Shown piece after piece: positions 23,694 through 36,799 of a DNA stretch of 64,000 bases. Under the pieces are notes generated by a model. The model did not search any database and was not told where the DNA came from. It was given only the letters and a program-made list of their open reading frames with translations. This DNA is from Chiloscyllium plagiosum (taxonomy: Eukaryota): contig NC_057756.1 in assembly GCF_004010195.1 (NCBI RefSeq), positions 405,805-469,804 of the forward strand. Reading direction: 5' to 3'. The position numbers and the translations under genes are program-made. Position 1 is the first letter of the stretch; each line of letters begins with the position of its first letter.

Positions 23694-23893
23694 GAATAAA
23701 GAACAAGAAAGAGCTTGTGCCGATCCAAATCCACTATCGAACCCTATCGCCCAATTCCTAAGCAGCTGTATCCCTCTGCTCCACACCTTCTCATGCATCT
23801 GTCCGGACGCGCCTTAAGTGAATCTACCGTGTCTGCCTCTATTACCTCTGCTGGCAACGCGTTCCAGACACCTACCACCCTCTGTGTAAAGAC
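23694..23893 (-). mobile_element. CR1 3' end fragment
   Basis: FTQRVVGVWNALPAEVIEA. Confidence 0.8.
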
Positions 23894-24639
23894 TTTAGAG
23901 TATTGAGATATCTGGGAGAGAGTTGCCTTTCCCTTGATTATCAATATAACTGCGCTTGAATATTCTTAACATCGAGTGACATATCTAGTTTTTAACCAAA
24001 GATGTCTTGCCTGGAATATTCATAATAAAATACTTGCAAGGGGATCACATCTTTCCAAGTGTTCTGAATTAATTCCTTTTGGAAGAGAATTTGTTCCTGT
24101 ACCTCCCCTTTCCAGTCTATCTGTGAACTACCTCAAATGCCTCACACACTTGGAAAGAAAATCTCTATTCTTCAAAACCGAAAGCAAGCAGCTGCAGATC
24201 AAGGATTGCCTTCTTGGATCATAAAGCACTCACAATGCAAACTCTCTCACAATTTCACTCCAGTATTGCCCAATTGCCTGTATTCTGAAACATAACAGTT
24301 TGAAACAATGGCTCCACAAAGACTAACATATTACTTGTTATCCTTCATGCACACAGACTAAAATTGACATTTTCACTCTTCCCAAAATCAAACCCACAAG
24401 TACATTGCATTCTAGAAACATAATTTTTAAAAATTTTATACACTCATGTTTTGTTTTTGGATCTTACACATTCTGAATATTCTATCGTAAATAATTTCCT
24501 TATGTTCTATTGGGTTTATTGGATGCTATTTGCTGAGTTTTGCTTTCGGCATATTGCCTTTCAAATAAGCCTCAGGAGGAATAGATCTCTCCATATGTCA
24601 ATATCCAAAAGTATAGAATAAAGAGTGACATTAAAGGCT

Positions 24640-24794
24640 GTCAGCTCCCTTGGCCCACAAGCCACATTCTTGATGAAGAGCTTATGCACGAAATGTCGAT
24701 TCTCCTTCTTGGATGCTGCCTCACCGGCTGTTCTTTTCCAGCACCACACTCTCGCCTCTGATCTCTAGCACCTGCAGTCCTCTCATTTTCTCCC
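24640..24794 (+). mobile_element. Penelope-like element end (family B) with degenerate hammerhead
   Basis: TTGATGAAGAGCTTATGCACGAAATGTCGATT..GGATGCTGCC..CTGCAGTCCTC, matching 43321-43520. Confidence 0.75.
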
Positions 24795-24801
24795 AAGTAA
24801 C

Positions 24802-24985
24802 GACTGTCGATGTATAAAATCTTGTTTGATTCTCTAATATCCTATGGGAAAGGAAATCTGCCATATTTAATTATTCTTACCTGCACATGATTCGAGACCT
24901 ACAGGCAATGTCATGACTCTTAATTGATCTAAGTGCAATTAATGATGGGCATTAATTGACTGTGCCTATACATCTGGACAGTATC
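24802..24985 (+). mobile_element. Family C SINE fragment
   Basis: GGAAAGGAAATCTGCC..GACTCTTAA..GATGGGCATTAA matches the reverse complement of 2035-2118 and 5213-5300. Confidence 0.55.
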
Positions 24986-25265
24986 TCACGGTCGATCACT
25001 ATCAAACACAATTAAGAAAGAACACAACCAAATGTTAGCTATCCTGATTCCAATTTCAAACGGCTTTGATTCAGCTGAACACTTGTGCTTCAATGACTCC
25101 TAAAAAAAACTATGCGTCAACTTTGAAATCCACATTGTTGCTCCCAATTCCCATCATGTCTTCCATCCTCCATCACAGTGCCAGTTCCTGCATCTCTACT
25201 ATTTCATTCCTTTGTAATTCCATTGATTTTTTTATTCATCCAGAATTCTGAAAGGTAAAACATAA

Positions 25266-25541
25266 GGGCGGCACGGTGGCATAGTGGTACAGTGGTTAGC
25301 ACTGCTGCCTCACAGCGCCAGAGTCCCGGGTTCACTCCCCGCCTCAGGCAACTGACTGTGTGGAGTTTGCACATTCTCCCCGTGTCTGCGTGGGTTTCCT
25401 CCGGGTGCTCCGGTTTCCTCCCATAGTCCAAAAATGTGCAGGTAAGGGTGAATTGGCCATGCTAAATTGCTCGTAGTGTCGGGGAATGGGTCAGGGTGGG
25501 GGCGAGTCGGTGTGGACACACTATAAGTAATCTAATCTAAT
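25266..25541 (+). mobile_element. HE1-type V-SINE
   Basis: GGGCGGCACGGTGGC head, V domain and TAATCTAATCTAA tail. Confidence 0.92.
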
Positions 25542-26299
25542 ATGTCAGACCATATGAGTTAGGAAAAAGAATAGGTCATCTGTAACCCAAAGGTTGTATC
25601 GATATTGAATAGGCTCAAGGCTGACAAGGTTATGAACTTGATTCCACATTAACCTACGACTGATATAATTTGCCTTACTCTTTTTCTTGCGATTGCATTT
25701 GCTTTGTAAATAAAACCTGAATCTGTCTCCACGAGTCACTGGTTAATAAGTGTTAAAGACACACTTTGTGTTCATGATTTGCAGCAGGAACTGAATTCTG
25801 AAAAAATTGCTGACTCCTCAATCATTGTAAAGTTATGTCTCACAATTCACTCTTTCAGTCTCATTATGCTTAAGATTGAATTTTGAGCATTTATCATACT
25901 ATTTTTGTATATGGTCCAGGGTCAAACTTTTGGTGTAAACCTTTCTGTGAAATACATTTAGATATTCACAAGTTCTAGTTCTTTATAAACATATTGTTTT
26001 GGGACTGGCATATGGTACTCTTTAATGGTTGTCTTGCTTGTATTTACAGATCATTTTGTGTTCCAGATCCATTAAGTTTCTTATTCTCTGAGGGAAATTC
26101 ATCTTGCAATGATGGTAGGAGTGCAGCTAGGAAGGCATTGTGATTTTATGACTGAGCTGGGTATACTCTCAATCTCTGTTACATTGCTACATGTGCCACA
26201 GGAAAATACAAGTTGTGAGACTGTCAGTTGGGTGCTTTCTCTATGCCAGATTGTCTTTAATGGTTTTTTTTGACAAAGCACTAATTATTTGATGAAGAC

Positions 26300-26545
26300 G
26301 CAGACATGCCGAGCACACATTTGAGGGAATTAAAATAGACCTGAGAGTGGTGTGTGTATGCAATAAGCTGCCAGCAGACATTATGGTGGCTGGTGCTATT
26401 TCAGCATTTAAAAGGCATCTGGATGGGGACATGAATAGGAAGGGGTTAGAAGGATATGGGGTCAAATTCCATAATGTGGGAATAGATTAATTTAAGATAT
26501 CTGGTCGGACAGGATGAATTAGACCAAATATCCGTAGAACGCTAC
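26300..26545 (+). mobile_element. CR1 3' end fragment
   Basis: ..CATTTAAAAGGCATCTGGATGGGGACATGAATAGGAAGGGG.. as in the other CR1 ends. Confidence 0.75.
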
Positions 26546-27189
26546 AACACTTTGATATTGTTTTTTCAAAATTAGGACACATGTCTCAATCCTATGTAAA
26601 TAAGGCAGCACAGATATTATCTCTCTCTCTCTCTCTCATTCACGCAAACACACACACACATGAACTCGGGCTCAAAATGAGACATTCCACGTTGAGGACA
26701 CATCCAGAGAAAAGAAACCTAATGGAAATCAGTGACTCTAAGTTAAAATATCAGCCAACATCCATCAGCTGCAGACAACTTCGGACACAAAAGTCCAACG
26801 GATTAGGGCGAACAAATTACAACCACCCAGTGGCTGTCTGTTGTTGAAATACCGATCGGACATTCTGGCACCTTGACCTCACACTTTGGAACTGTGATAG
26901 TTCAGGGGAAACATGAAATAAAAGGGAAGCGCATCATCGATATAACCCCCTTTTCTCGTGTCCTGGATTGGAAGGATTCTGCCAGAATGACGTCTATGGT
27001 TTCACCACAAACGCTACCCACTCTCCCAACTCCTTAAAAGAAATGGCCCATAGGAATTGACTGAACGGCATATCAACACTGCTACCGAAATGAAACAGAT
27101 TTTAGCTCACTGTCTCCACTTGCAGGTAGGCGACCCAGACTTCCCTTCAGTTTGAAGGTGGTAGCCACAGATTAGCATATTGGCACCAG

Positions 27190-29080
27190 GGATGGCTAAG
27201 GAAGAAATTGCAGAGGCCCTTTCAGAGATTCATGCTTCATCTTTAACTGCTGGAGACGTTCTGGAGGTTGGCTAATGTTGTTCTATTGTTTAAGAAAGGT
27301 AACAATGCCAAGCCAGGAAGCTAAAGGCCAATGAGCCTCATCAGTAGTAGGCAAGCTATTGGGGATGTTACTGAGGGCCAGCATCAACCCACATTTGGAT
27401 AGTCAAGGTCTGATTAGAGATGGTCAGCATGGATTTGTGTGCAGGAAGTCTTGCCTGACAAATCTTTTGGGGTTTTTCGAAGAGGAGCTAGTGGGGGTAA
27501 GAACAGAAGACATAGCAGATGAATGCATAGTTAAAGAATTGTTGCGGGGTCAGTGATGCAGAGTTTTAGATGATCAGATCTTCTCTGGGGTGGAGGTAAC
27601 CTGTTCAAGAAGGGCCGGTTCAAGCATCTTAACTGGAGGGGGACCAATATCTTGGCAGCCAGATTTGCTAGTGCTACAAGGAAGGGTTTAAACTAGATTG
27701 GCAGGGGGTGGGATCCTCAACAGCAGAGAGGCAACCCCAAGGCTGGAAGGAGATACAGTAATCAGAAATGACAAGTTGACAGGTTGGGGAGTGGGGAGGG
27801 CGGGGAGAGGGGATGGGATCCTCAGCAACAAGGAGTCAAGTGCGAAGCTGGAAGGAGATGCAGTAATCAGAAATAGTAAAGTGAAGAGACAGGTCAGGCT
27901 GGAAAATGGCAGGGAGCAAGGAATGCCTGTTGGATTAAATTGCATGCATTTCAATGCAAGAGGGCTGACTGGGAAGTCTGATGAACTCAGGGTGTGGTAA
28001 GGTATCTGAGACTGGAATATTATAGTCACTACAGAAGCATGGGTAAGGGAGGGACAGGACTGGCAGCTTAATGTGCCAGAGAACAGGTGCTGTAGGCCGG
28101 CCAGAGGTGGTAGAAACAGGGGAGAGGGAGTTGCGTTTCTGATTAAGGTGAGTAACACAGCAGTAATCAGAGATGAAAAGCTGAAGGATCATTCAGCGAG
28201 GCTTTGTGGGTAGAGCTAAGAAATTAAAAGTATATGCTGGCTTATTGGGTTGTACTATAAGCCTCTAAACAATTAATGGGAATTAGGGGAACAAATATGC
28301 AGAGAGACTGGGGAGACTTGCAGGAACAATAGGGTTGTCATAGTCAGGGATTTTAATTTTCCTCACGTGGAGTGCCAGAGCTTTAAGGGCTTATATGGAG
28401 TGGAATTTGATAAGTGCGTTCAGACAAATTTCCTCATGCAATATATAGAGGGTCCTATTTGGGAAGAGACAAAACTCGATCTACTCTTGGGAAACAGGGC
28501 AGGACAAGTGCCTGAGGTGATAGTGGGGGAGTACTTTGGGACCAGTGACCATAGTTCTATTAATTTGAAAATAGTTGTGGAGAGGGACAAACTGATCGAC
28601 AGATTCAAGTTCTGAATTGTGGCAAGAGAAATTTTGATGGAATTAGACAGGAGCTTGCAGGGGTTGATTCGATTAATTTATTTGCAGGCAAAAGGACGTC
28701 TGGCAATTCAGAGGCCTTTAAAAGTGAAATAGCTAGAGTTCAAGGTCTAAATGTTCCTCTAAGGGTGAAAGGCAAAGCTGTCAGGAATAGTGAACCCTGG
28801 ATGACAACAGATATTGAGACTTTGACCAGACAAAAAGGAGGTATGGCTCAGATACAGGCAGCTGGGGTCGAGGGAATGTCTGGAGATATATAGGGGATAC
28901 AAGAGTTTACTGAAGAAAGAAATCAGGAGTTTGAAAAGAGGGCATGAGATAGCCTTGGCTAAGCAGATTATGGTGAATGCAAAGAGGTACTTCTAGTATA
29001 TTAAGGAGAAAGAATAACTGGAGAGAGAATAGGACACCTTAAGGACCAATTTGGACATGCAAGTATAGAATTGCAGGAAA
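27190..29080 (+). mobile_element. Rearranged CR1: RT piece (27190-27485), then ORF1 end and ORF2 endonuclease region
   Basis: QHGFVCRKSCLTNLL, then HLNWRGTNILA, LNCMHFNARGL, LDLLLGN, SDHSSI. Confidence 0.85.
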
Positions 29081-30326
29081 TTTCTTCTCTAGCCTCTAGT
29101 TTCATGGATTTACAGTATCTGGTTAGGACCAGCTGAATTATTCAGCTCCATACATATATATGGAGAATCACAGAGGAGAAAGCATAATAGAGTAAGTGCT
29201 GAAGTTCCCGAACAAAATGAGCACTCAGACTGCTGAGCGAGCAGTCTGGACCCTATCTGTTCAGCAACCCAGAAACTTCTTCCCCATCACCAGACAAACT
29301 GCCAGCAGCATATACGCCTGCAGCTGTGTCGCTGATTTGCTGTGACATTGGAAAACTAGAAGATTTGTCTTGACAGATGGGAAAGAATTACTGTCTGCAT
29401 CCCAGCTCAAGTGCATCCTCCAAAGTGCCGGGAAGTGTGAATGTGGCATTATTAAGCTTAGAGCTCACCAAATGACCTTTTCCAAATGGGAACGTAAAGG
29501 CAGATGAATGGATGAAGGTAGATGGCCATGAGGGGAACTCGGGTAACACGCCCCCCCCCCCCCCCCCACCAAACCATTACAGAACAAATAGATACCGTCA
29601 CTGTTAGCCAGACACAGGTCCAAGATCTGATACAGGCTCAGAGCTCAAATAAACACAGCTGGACCCCGCAACAACTCCAACTGAAAGAGGCAGTTCATCA
29701 ATGCACGACAATGGCTTGAGTCAGTCCTCCAAGAAAGAGACCTCAGCAGCTGTCTCATCCAGAGGTAGAGAGAAGCCCTTTATAAAGGCAGGAATTCTGG
29801 TCCCCTTACCAAGACCTGGGGCAGGAGCAAATCGCCGACAGCTAGGGATCTCCTACTTAGCCAGGAGACCTCATTCAGATACAGATGCTGGCATAGTTAC
29901 AAACAGCTACACTGACACACATACAAACACACAAACACATATTATCTCACACATATTGATACAGATGCAGAGACAAGGTCTCGCACTTTCACACCGACAC
30001 GCACAGACTTAAACGCACCGATAGACATCCACACACAGCCACACATACACTTTGTCCAAAAAAATAAAAAAAAGCCAACTTCAGATGTTACACAAAATGA
30101 TCATTTGAGAAAACGTTGGTCCATACGCCTGAATATTTTACATTTTCTTATTTTTGCTGTCTGTACACTGGGCTAGGTGCACAAACAATCACGCATGTGC
30201 TCACGCATGCACATAGGTCCCAATCACACACATATACACCCCATATGGAAACTCTGTACAAAATACCTCGTTTGCAATGATGGCAAACCCTTCAACGAAA
30301 CTAAGGGATGAAGTATAAAATATCCA

Positions 30327-30748
30327 CAATTTGGAGATGTCGATTTTGGACTGGGGTGGACAAAGTTAAAAATCACACCAGTCCAATAGGTTTATTTGGA
30401 AGCACTAGCTTTCGGATCGGTGCTCCTTCATCGGATGGTTGTGGAGAACAAGATTGTAAGACGCAGAATTTATAGCAAAAGTTTACAGTGTGATGTAACT
30501 GAAATTATATATTGAAAAATACCTGGATTGTTTGTTAAGTCTATTCAGTAGCTTGTTGAGAGACTTAACAAACAATCCAGGTATTTTTCAATATATAATT
30601 TCAGTTACATCACACTGTAAACTTTTGCTATAAATTCTGTGTCTTACAATCTTATACTCCACAACTACCTGATGAAGGACAGTACTCCGAAAGCTGGTGC
30701 TTCCAAGTAAACCTATTGACTGTAACCTGGTGTTGTGTGATTTTAAAC
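30327..30748. mobile_element. Fold-back Penelope-like element (family A) with a hammerhead-like core in each arm
   Basis: Arms ~30365-30542 and ~30560-30748 are reverse complements. TSD TAAAATATCCA at 30316-30326 and 30749-30759. CTGATGAAGG..TCCGAAAGC at 30669-30694. Confidence 0.8.
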
Positions 30749-30839
30749 TAAAATATCCATGTTCTTGTACATCTGACGTCAAGTGCACCCGAACAGGTCA
30801 ATCTATCCAACAATTGTATGGGTTAAAATTCAGAGGATT

Positions 30840-31000
30840 GGGAATGCTGGATATCAGAAACACAAACAGAAATTGTTGGAAAGGAAAATTAAGCAGGTCT
30901 GACGACATCCGTGTAGAGAAAGCAGAACCAATGTTTCGCATCCAGGGTCCTAATTCAGAACTGTTCTATCCTGGATACAGGTCATTGAACTCGACACGCT
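30840..31000 (-). mobile_element. Degenerate Penelope-like end (family C)
   Basis: Reverse complement reads CTGAATTAGGACCCTGGATGCGAAAC..GACCTGCT..TCCAGCATT, related to 58139-58245. Confidence 0.5.
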
Positions 31001-31214
31001 CCTTCAGCCTTCTTTTCCCAATTGTTTGGGAGGTCTGACAGAGACAATGTTCTTTAGGAACAATCAGCCGTTAAGGCGACGGTCAGGTTTCACAATGGGT
31101 TCACAAACAGTGATTCAGAAACAGGAGATATGAGCTGAGCGCCTGAGGCTTCGGCACACAGCTCCCCATCAAAGAAGACAAGTACCTGCAAAATTATATC
31201 TCAACCAGGCAGCG

Positions 31215-31500
31215 AATGAGAATAAAATAGCTCCGGTAATGAGTAGGAGGTTCAGTCCCTAGAACCTACTCCACCATTTATTATGATCTTTGCTTGGCCT
31301 CATCATCACTTTTCTTCTTGCTCTGCACAACCCTTCAGCCAATTGATCATTAAAACAAAATCTCGTCCTTAAATTTTCTCAATATCCAGACAGTCACCTC
31401 ACTCTTGAGTAGTGAATTCTGACGAATTACCAGCCTTTGAGAGAAAGAATTCGCCCTCGTGTCGATTTTAAATCTGGTACCCCTTATTAGAAAACTCTGA
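31215..31500 (-). mobile_element. Old CR1-type 3' fragment
   Basis: IRGTRFKIDTRANSFSQRLV. Confidence 0.6.
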
Positions 31501-32483
31501 ACAAATCCAAAACGTCCAAAAGACAGATCCAGGGATGAGCTGAAAGAATATTGGGCTTGCTTAAAATAAGACATTTCCAATTTCTTTTCATTGACTTGTG
31601 TCTCATAACGTTCTGCAAAAGACGCTATTAAGCTATTTTTCCATAATCTTCCAAAACTGAAGTACCAAAAGTATCTGAAACATCGTTGGATAAAATGAAC
31701 CACCGTTTCTAAAAGTATTTCATTTCGATGTCTGTATAGCAATGATATCCAAGTATAAAAATATTAAGGCATATTCACCAACAGGCTCTAATTTTCCTAT
31801 TACATATAACCTGTGCGTTCAGCTGTTATAACTTCTGAGGTAATTCAAACCAAGTTACATTCATGACAAAGCATCAACATTATGCTCATAGCATGAACAA
31901 GTTATAAGCCTGTTCCAGCTAAATTCACCAAAACATGTTTTTAGATTTCATTACTTTTCATCTGAAGTCTCCAGAAATTGACTGAAATTTCAAAATGCCT
32001 GCTTTAAAATCTGGCATGCTTTTACTTCTAAATGTTTAATGGCAATTAGCAATCCCACAATTTCATTTTCCATTTCAGAGCATTTGCTTTGGGTTTGCTT
32101 TGCTCCTTGATGGATTATCACATTGATGAACCTAAACCTTACTCCATTTCTTGCGACATAAATGAACATAAGTCAATAACATCGATAGCTACCCTGAAGA
32201 CTTTAATGAAATTAGGGACAACGAAATGCGATTGGTCATAAATAATCCATACCCTGCCGACAGCTGCTTGACATTCTCCCGACCTCACTGCTCCCTGTGA
32301 TTAAATGAATACAAAACCAATCAGGCGCTTTTGTTTCATAACCACAGAAGTATTGATAGTTTGAAATATGCTCAAACTATGTGTATTTAATGGTGACCAA
32401 AATCTTATTCACACTTATAATTGTATAACGAATATATTATGTCTGCACGTGTAAATAACAGACTGTGACAGTCCTGTCTCTCT

Positions 32484-33153
32484 TGTAGCAGGGTGTTGTC
32501 ACCTTAGTGCTGAAATGTCTCCTTCAGACAGGTAGTTGGTAAATGGCTTTGTTTTTCTCCCTGGATGCGTTTTTTAAAGGTAAGGCAAAACAGTGGGCGG
32601 GGTCAGGTGCACACAGACCACAAGGACCTTAGTTTTGCTTTCAGCTAGGTGGATAACATTTTGCTGGCTGCAGGAGCTGAAAGCGCGAGTTCTCTGCTGC
32701 ACAGATGAGGTCTTTTACAGAGAGGCTTAACCTTTAAAAAAATCAAAATGTTCAGATGGTTTATTTCGGTGTATCTTTCATCTGGACTAGAGAGAGAAAG
32801 CATGGGAGACTAATAGCCGTTTTGCTGAATTGCCTTTGTCAAGAGTGTATTTATGGGACGCTGCCTATATTGGAATATTTGATGATTGTTAGATTAATAC
32901 AATATTTTGCTCAGGATTTAAATAGAGTAATGTTGTGCCAATTCTTCCTTTTATTGTATTTTAACTCTATTGTAAGTATAAAGTGTGTTTTGCTGAAAAC
33001 TTAGTGGTGGACCAATTGAATTGTATCCAGAACGCAGCGCTTTGCTCTTGACTTTTAAAAATCTAAAGTCAGAGTCAGGGCTGTCTGCGAAATTTACTTT
33101 TTTTGGGGGGGGGGGGGGCGGGGGGAGGGGAATCTGATCTGGTTTGGTCAACA
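32484..33153 (+). repeat. Probable solo LTR related to the Gmr1-like LTRs
   Basis: Start TGTAGCAGGGTGTTGTCACCTT and end ..TCTGGTTTGGTCAACA resemble the sense-strand LTR ends (TGTGACAATGTTGTCACTTT..TGGTCCATAACA). No TSD seen. Confidence 0.55.
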
Positions 33154-33569
33154 GGAAAATCACACACACGCACCGACATGAACACATCCATACTCACACA
33201 GACACACATTCAACTCATAGATGGACAGGGGCACAGATACACGGACACAGCTGAAGGCAAATGAAACAATTTTGCTGTTTTATTTCAGGTATTAATTGGA
33301 GAATATTTAAAGTTTTCAGCTCGTGTTTGTTTGGACTGTGTGCCTCACAAAGTGGGATATCATCGAACACATTCAATTGTAGATGCAATCTTTGTAGATG
33401 CAATCGTGCATTAAAGCTTCTCTTCAAGAGTGACCTGAGCCGTGCGAGAAGCACCTTTCTTTCAGGTGTATTCTTTCCAATCACAACAGCCTTTATTCAA
33501 AGCCAGAATCTGAACCTGATGATCATAAACAGCCCAGTCAATGGAATCTCTGTTGTGTTCAACCTTTGG

Positions 33570-34184
33570 CCAATTTTGATGAACGACAATTGAAAAAAAA
33601 ACATTGAGGGTGGAGTGCATCAACTGTACCATGGACTGTAGAAAGTTAAAACTCACAACAACAGGTTATAGTCCAACAGGTTTATTTGGAAGCACTAGCT
33701 TTCATAGCGCTGCTCCTACATCAGGTGGACAACTATTTGAAGGAGCAGCGCTATGAAAGCTAGTGCTCCCAAATGAACCTGTTGGTCTATAACCTGTGTG
33801 ATTTTTAACTTTGTACAGCCCAGTCCAACACGCCTGACCTGCTGCGCTTTTCCAGCAACACATTTTCAGCTCTGATCTCCAGCATCTGCAGACGTCACTT
33901 TCTCCCCAATTTTGATGAACGACAATTGAAAAAAAACATTGAGGGTGGAGTGCATCAACTGTACCATGGACTGTAGAAAGTTAAAACTCACAACCACAGG
34001 TTATAGTCCAACAGGTTTATTTGGAAGCACTAGCTTTCAGAGCGCTGCTCCTACATCAGGTGGACAACTATTTGAAGGAGCAGCGCTATGAAAGCTAGTG
34101 CTCCCAAATGAACCTGTTGGTCTATAACCTGTGTGATTTTTAACTTTGTACAGCCCAGTCCAACACCGGCATCTCCAAATCATG
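33570..34184. repeat. ~262-bp direct duplication containing a fold-back PLE (family A), separated by a 74-bp family B PLE tail
   Basis: 33570-33831 and 33906-34166 are near identical. The spacer 33832-33905 matches 43447-43520. Confidence 0.9.
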
Positions 34185-34902
34185 GTAGAGTTCAAATGGT
34201 CGCCCTCACTTCTGCAATGACCACATCACACTTGGAAGTAACTGAAAAAAACTATAAAAAGAAAAGCTAAATGGGCTTTTTTCTGTTACTGTCAACTGGA
34301 TGCTATATGCTCTGAATCGGTTTGTTTTGATTTGAAAAAGGAAACCAATTGATGTGTAATTCAGTGATAACGAACGTTACCTATATGTGCTCCAGATACA
34401 AGGAAGACCTTCAACATTCGTGGATTTGGCAATAATAATGGCAAATATTATTATCGAGAATTTTGTTTTCACAAAATGTATAATGGCCACTTGTAATGTT
34501 TATTCACTAGCGTCTACTGGTATGCTATCACTTCTTCTGTTCACTCCTCCATTTTCACAATGAGCCGAATGTTGAGTTAGAAATACACAGGAAAAGGCAT
34601 GTTAGGTTAATTGAAAATAAATTCATCACATTCGTGTCTAGGTTTGGAAATGTTAAAATGCCATACCTACATTGCTCGACAATCTAATATTTTCCCCTCC
34701 TGTTTATTACTATGGAGTGTAATAGATCAATTGGTAGATATATGTTTTTCTTCCAGAAGAAGTTGAGTTTCCAGTCAGATAATCAAAAGGCGTTTGTAAC
34801 TGAAGCAATCTTTAGATGACTACTTAGTTTTCATATTCTATTTTTATGTAATTTTCTGATTTCTGGTGTAAAAAAAACTTATATAAGTTAACAAGAAAAA
34901 AA

Positions 34903-35225
34903 GGGGACACAGTGGCTCAGTGGTTAGCACTGTAGCCTCACAACGCTAGGGACTCAGGTTCGATTCCAGCCTCGGGCGAGGCTGTGTGGAGTTTGCACGT
35001 TCTCCCCGTGGGTTTGCTCCGGGTGCTCCGGTTTCCTCCCACAATCCAAACATGTGCAGGTGAATTGGCTATGCTCAACTGCCCATAGTGTTAGGTGCAT
35101 TAGTCAGGGGTAAATATAGGGTAGGGGAATGGGTCTGGGTGGGTTACTGTTCGGAGAGTCGGTGTGGACTTGTTAGGCCGAAGGGTTTGTTTCCATGCTG
35201 TAGGGGAGTCTAATCAGTCTAATCT
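34903..35225 (+). mobile_element. HE1-type V-SINE
   Basis: Full head, V domain and tail. Confidence 0.92.
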
Positions 35226-36040
35226 CAACGTTAACGCACAGGCTATCTATTATCGAGGCCATTAATACACGGGTATATTGAAGTAGTACGAAGTGAACAC
35301 TCTTTCAGGAGGGAGCGTACCACTTATTGTATACTGTAATGCAAGTCATGGATCGATGTCAGTTGTATTGTACATTTCAACCAAACAAAAATTGCAAACA
35401 TTTATTAATGCAATGACAGGTTAAAATTTCTAAAACTCTTCAACGCCAATTTACTGCATCTAGCTTACAATCTGTCATCCTGCAACGAGAAGACGTAGAA
35501 ATATACGTTTTTGAGGGAAAATATTTCTTATGAACCACAGAGGTTAGCATTCGTTTGAAAGCTTTCAGTCACTATCAGTGAAAGACATACTATGGTTCTT
35601 TAAGCTTTGATAGGATGAAAGCTTTTACTATTGTAGAGGAAAAGGGGCATGATGAATAGTGTGTATTCAACAAAGAATAGCTCTAGATTGGTTGGAACGC
35701 TTTTTGTCTCCATGATATTAAATCTGACAGTAGGCTGTGTCTACCCAAAATGAATATTATGCATTTATATAAAGAATTTGCAACAATTACCATCAGAATA
35801 GTCCATTGAAGATATTTGCTCCCTAACTCTAGGCTAATCAAACGAAAAATTTTAATTTCAACGTCGGAACGTTCTTCCCCACAATATCAGAAATCGTATC
35901 AGAAATAACAAAAAAAAACCTATAGAGTGGCTAATATTTCAAATGCATCGCTCAGTCATCACTGAACACACAACCATGCAATCTTGTGCTAGTTTACCTT
36001 CCAGCGACACGCTCTGGGATGCAACTTAACATGATGCTTC

Positions 36041-36497
36041 TGTTAGTACACGGGTGAGCACCCCCCCCCCCCCCACCACACCCCCCAACCCCATTTAAAC
36101 TGGCAACCCACAAATGGTTTAACCCGTGCTGTAATCTGTTAAAATTCGAGAGGCAAGGAAATATTCCCAAAGTCTCTATTGAAAGTAAAAATTGACAACT
36201 TTATTTTTTAAAGTCTAACAGAGAATAATTAATTAACAGCTCTTTACAATGCCTTCCTGTAACCTATCTTTTACATTCCCCTGGACAATGCTAGTCTGAT
36301 AAAACCCCGATTAAGATTTACCAAAACATTCAAATTTCAAAAACAGCCAGCTGTCGAATCTTCTCTTTGTATCTTCCTCTGTGGAGTTGCTGTCCACGTC
36401 CGTGTGGATGTTTTTTCTCTCTCTCTGTGCAAACACCTTCTCTGGACAGGTACCTCTGAGAGAATTCTTACGAGCAGCCTACATTTGTTGGTCTTTT
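36041..36497. repeat. Possible truncated LTR fragment
   Basis: Begins TGTTAG and has composition and layout similar to the other LTRs (C-rich start, TTTATT). No partner or TSD. Confidence 0.3.
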
Positions 36498-36799
36498 GTT
36501 AACTTATGATAACTGCGGACTAAGGCACCCCTAACTCTCCTCAAAGAGAAAGGGAGAATACAAGTGTCAGTAATTAGGGAACTGTTAATATGTGGGGAGA
36601 AATCCAGAGTCACTTTTAATACCTTTCAGAATGACTGTAGTATCTTTATCTAAATTTATCCCGCACAGTTTTAATTTCATTTCTTTGCTTTAACAGGCAC
36701 TACCATTTTTGAAAAAAAAAATGTCAGAATCATAATTGTTGGACTGGCTCATGGTCTTCACATTTTATGGCATTCAGAACCATTCAGAACCATTCATCT

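Noticed and set aside
25266..25345. tRNA gene-like sequence (also in other SINE heads)
   Set aside because: A/B boxes continue into the SINE body and tail; these are tRNA-derived SINE heads, not tRNA genes.
26690..27120. Possible ERV-like LTR fragment
   Set aside because: No defined termini, partner or TSD visible.
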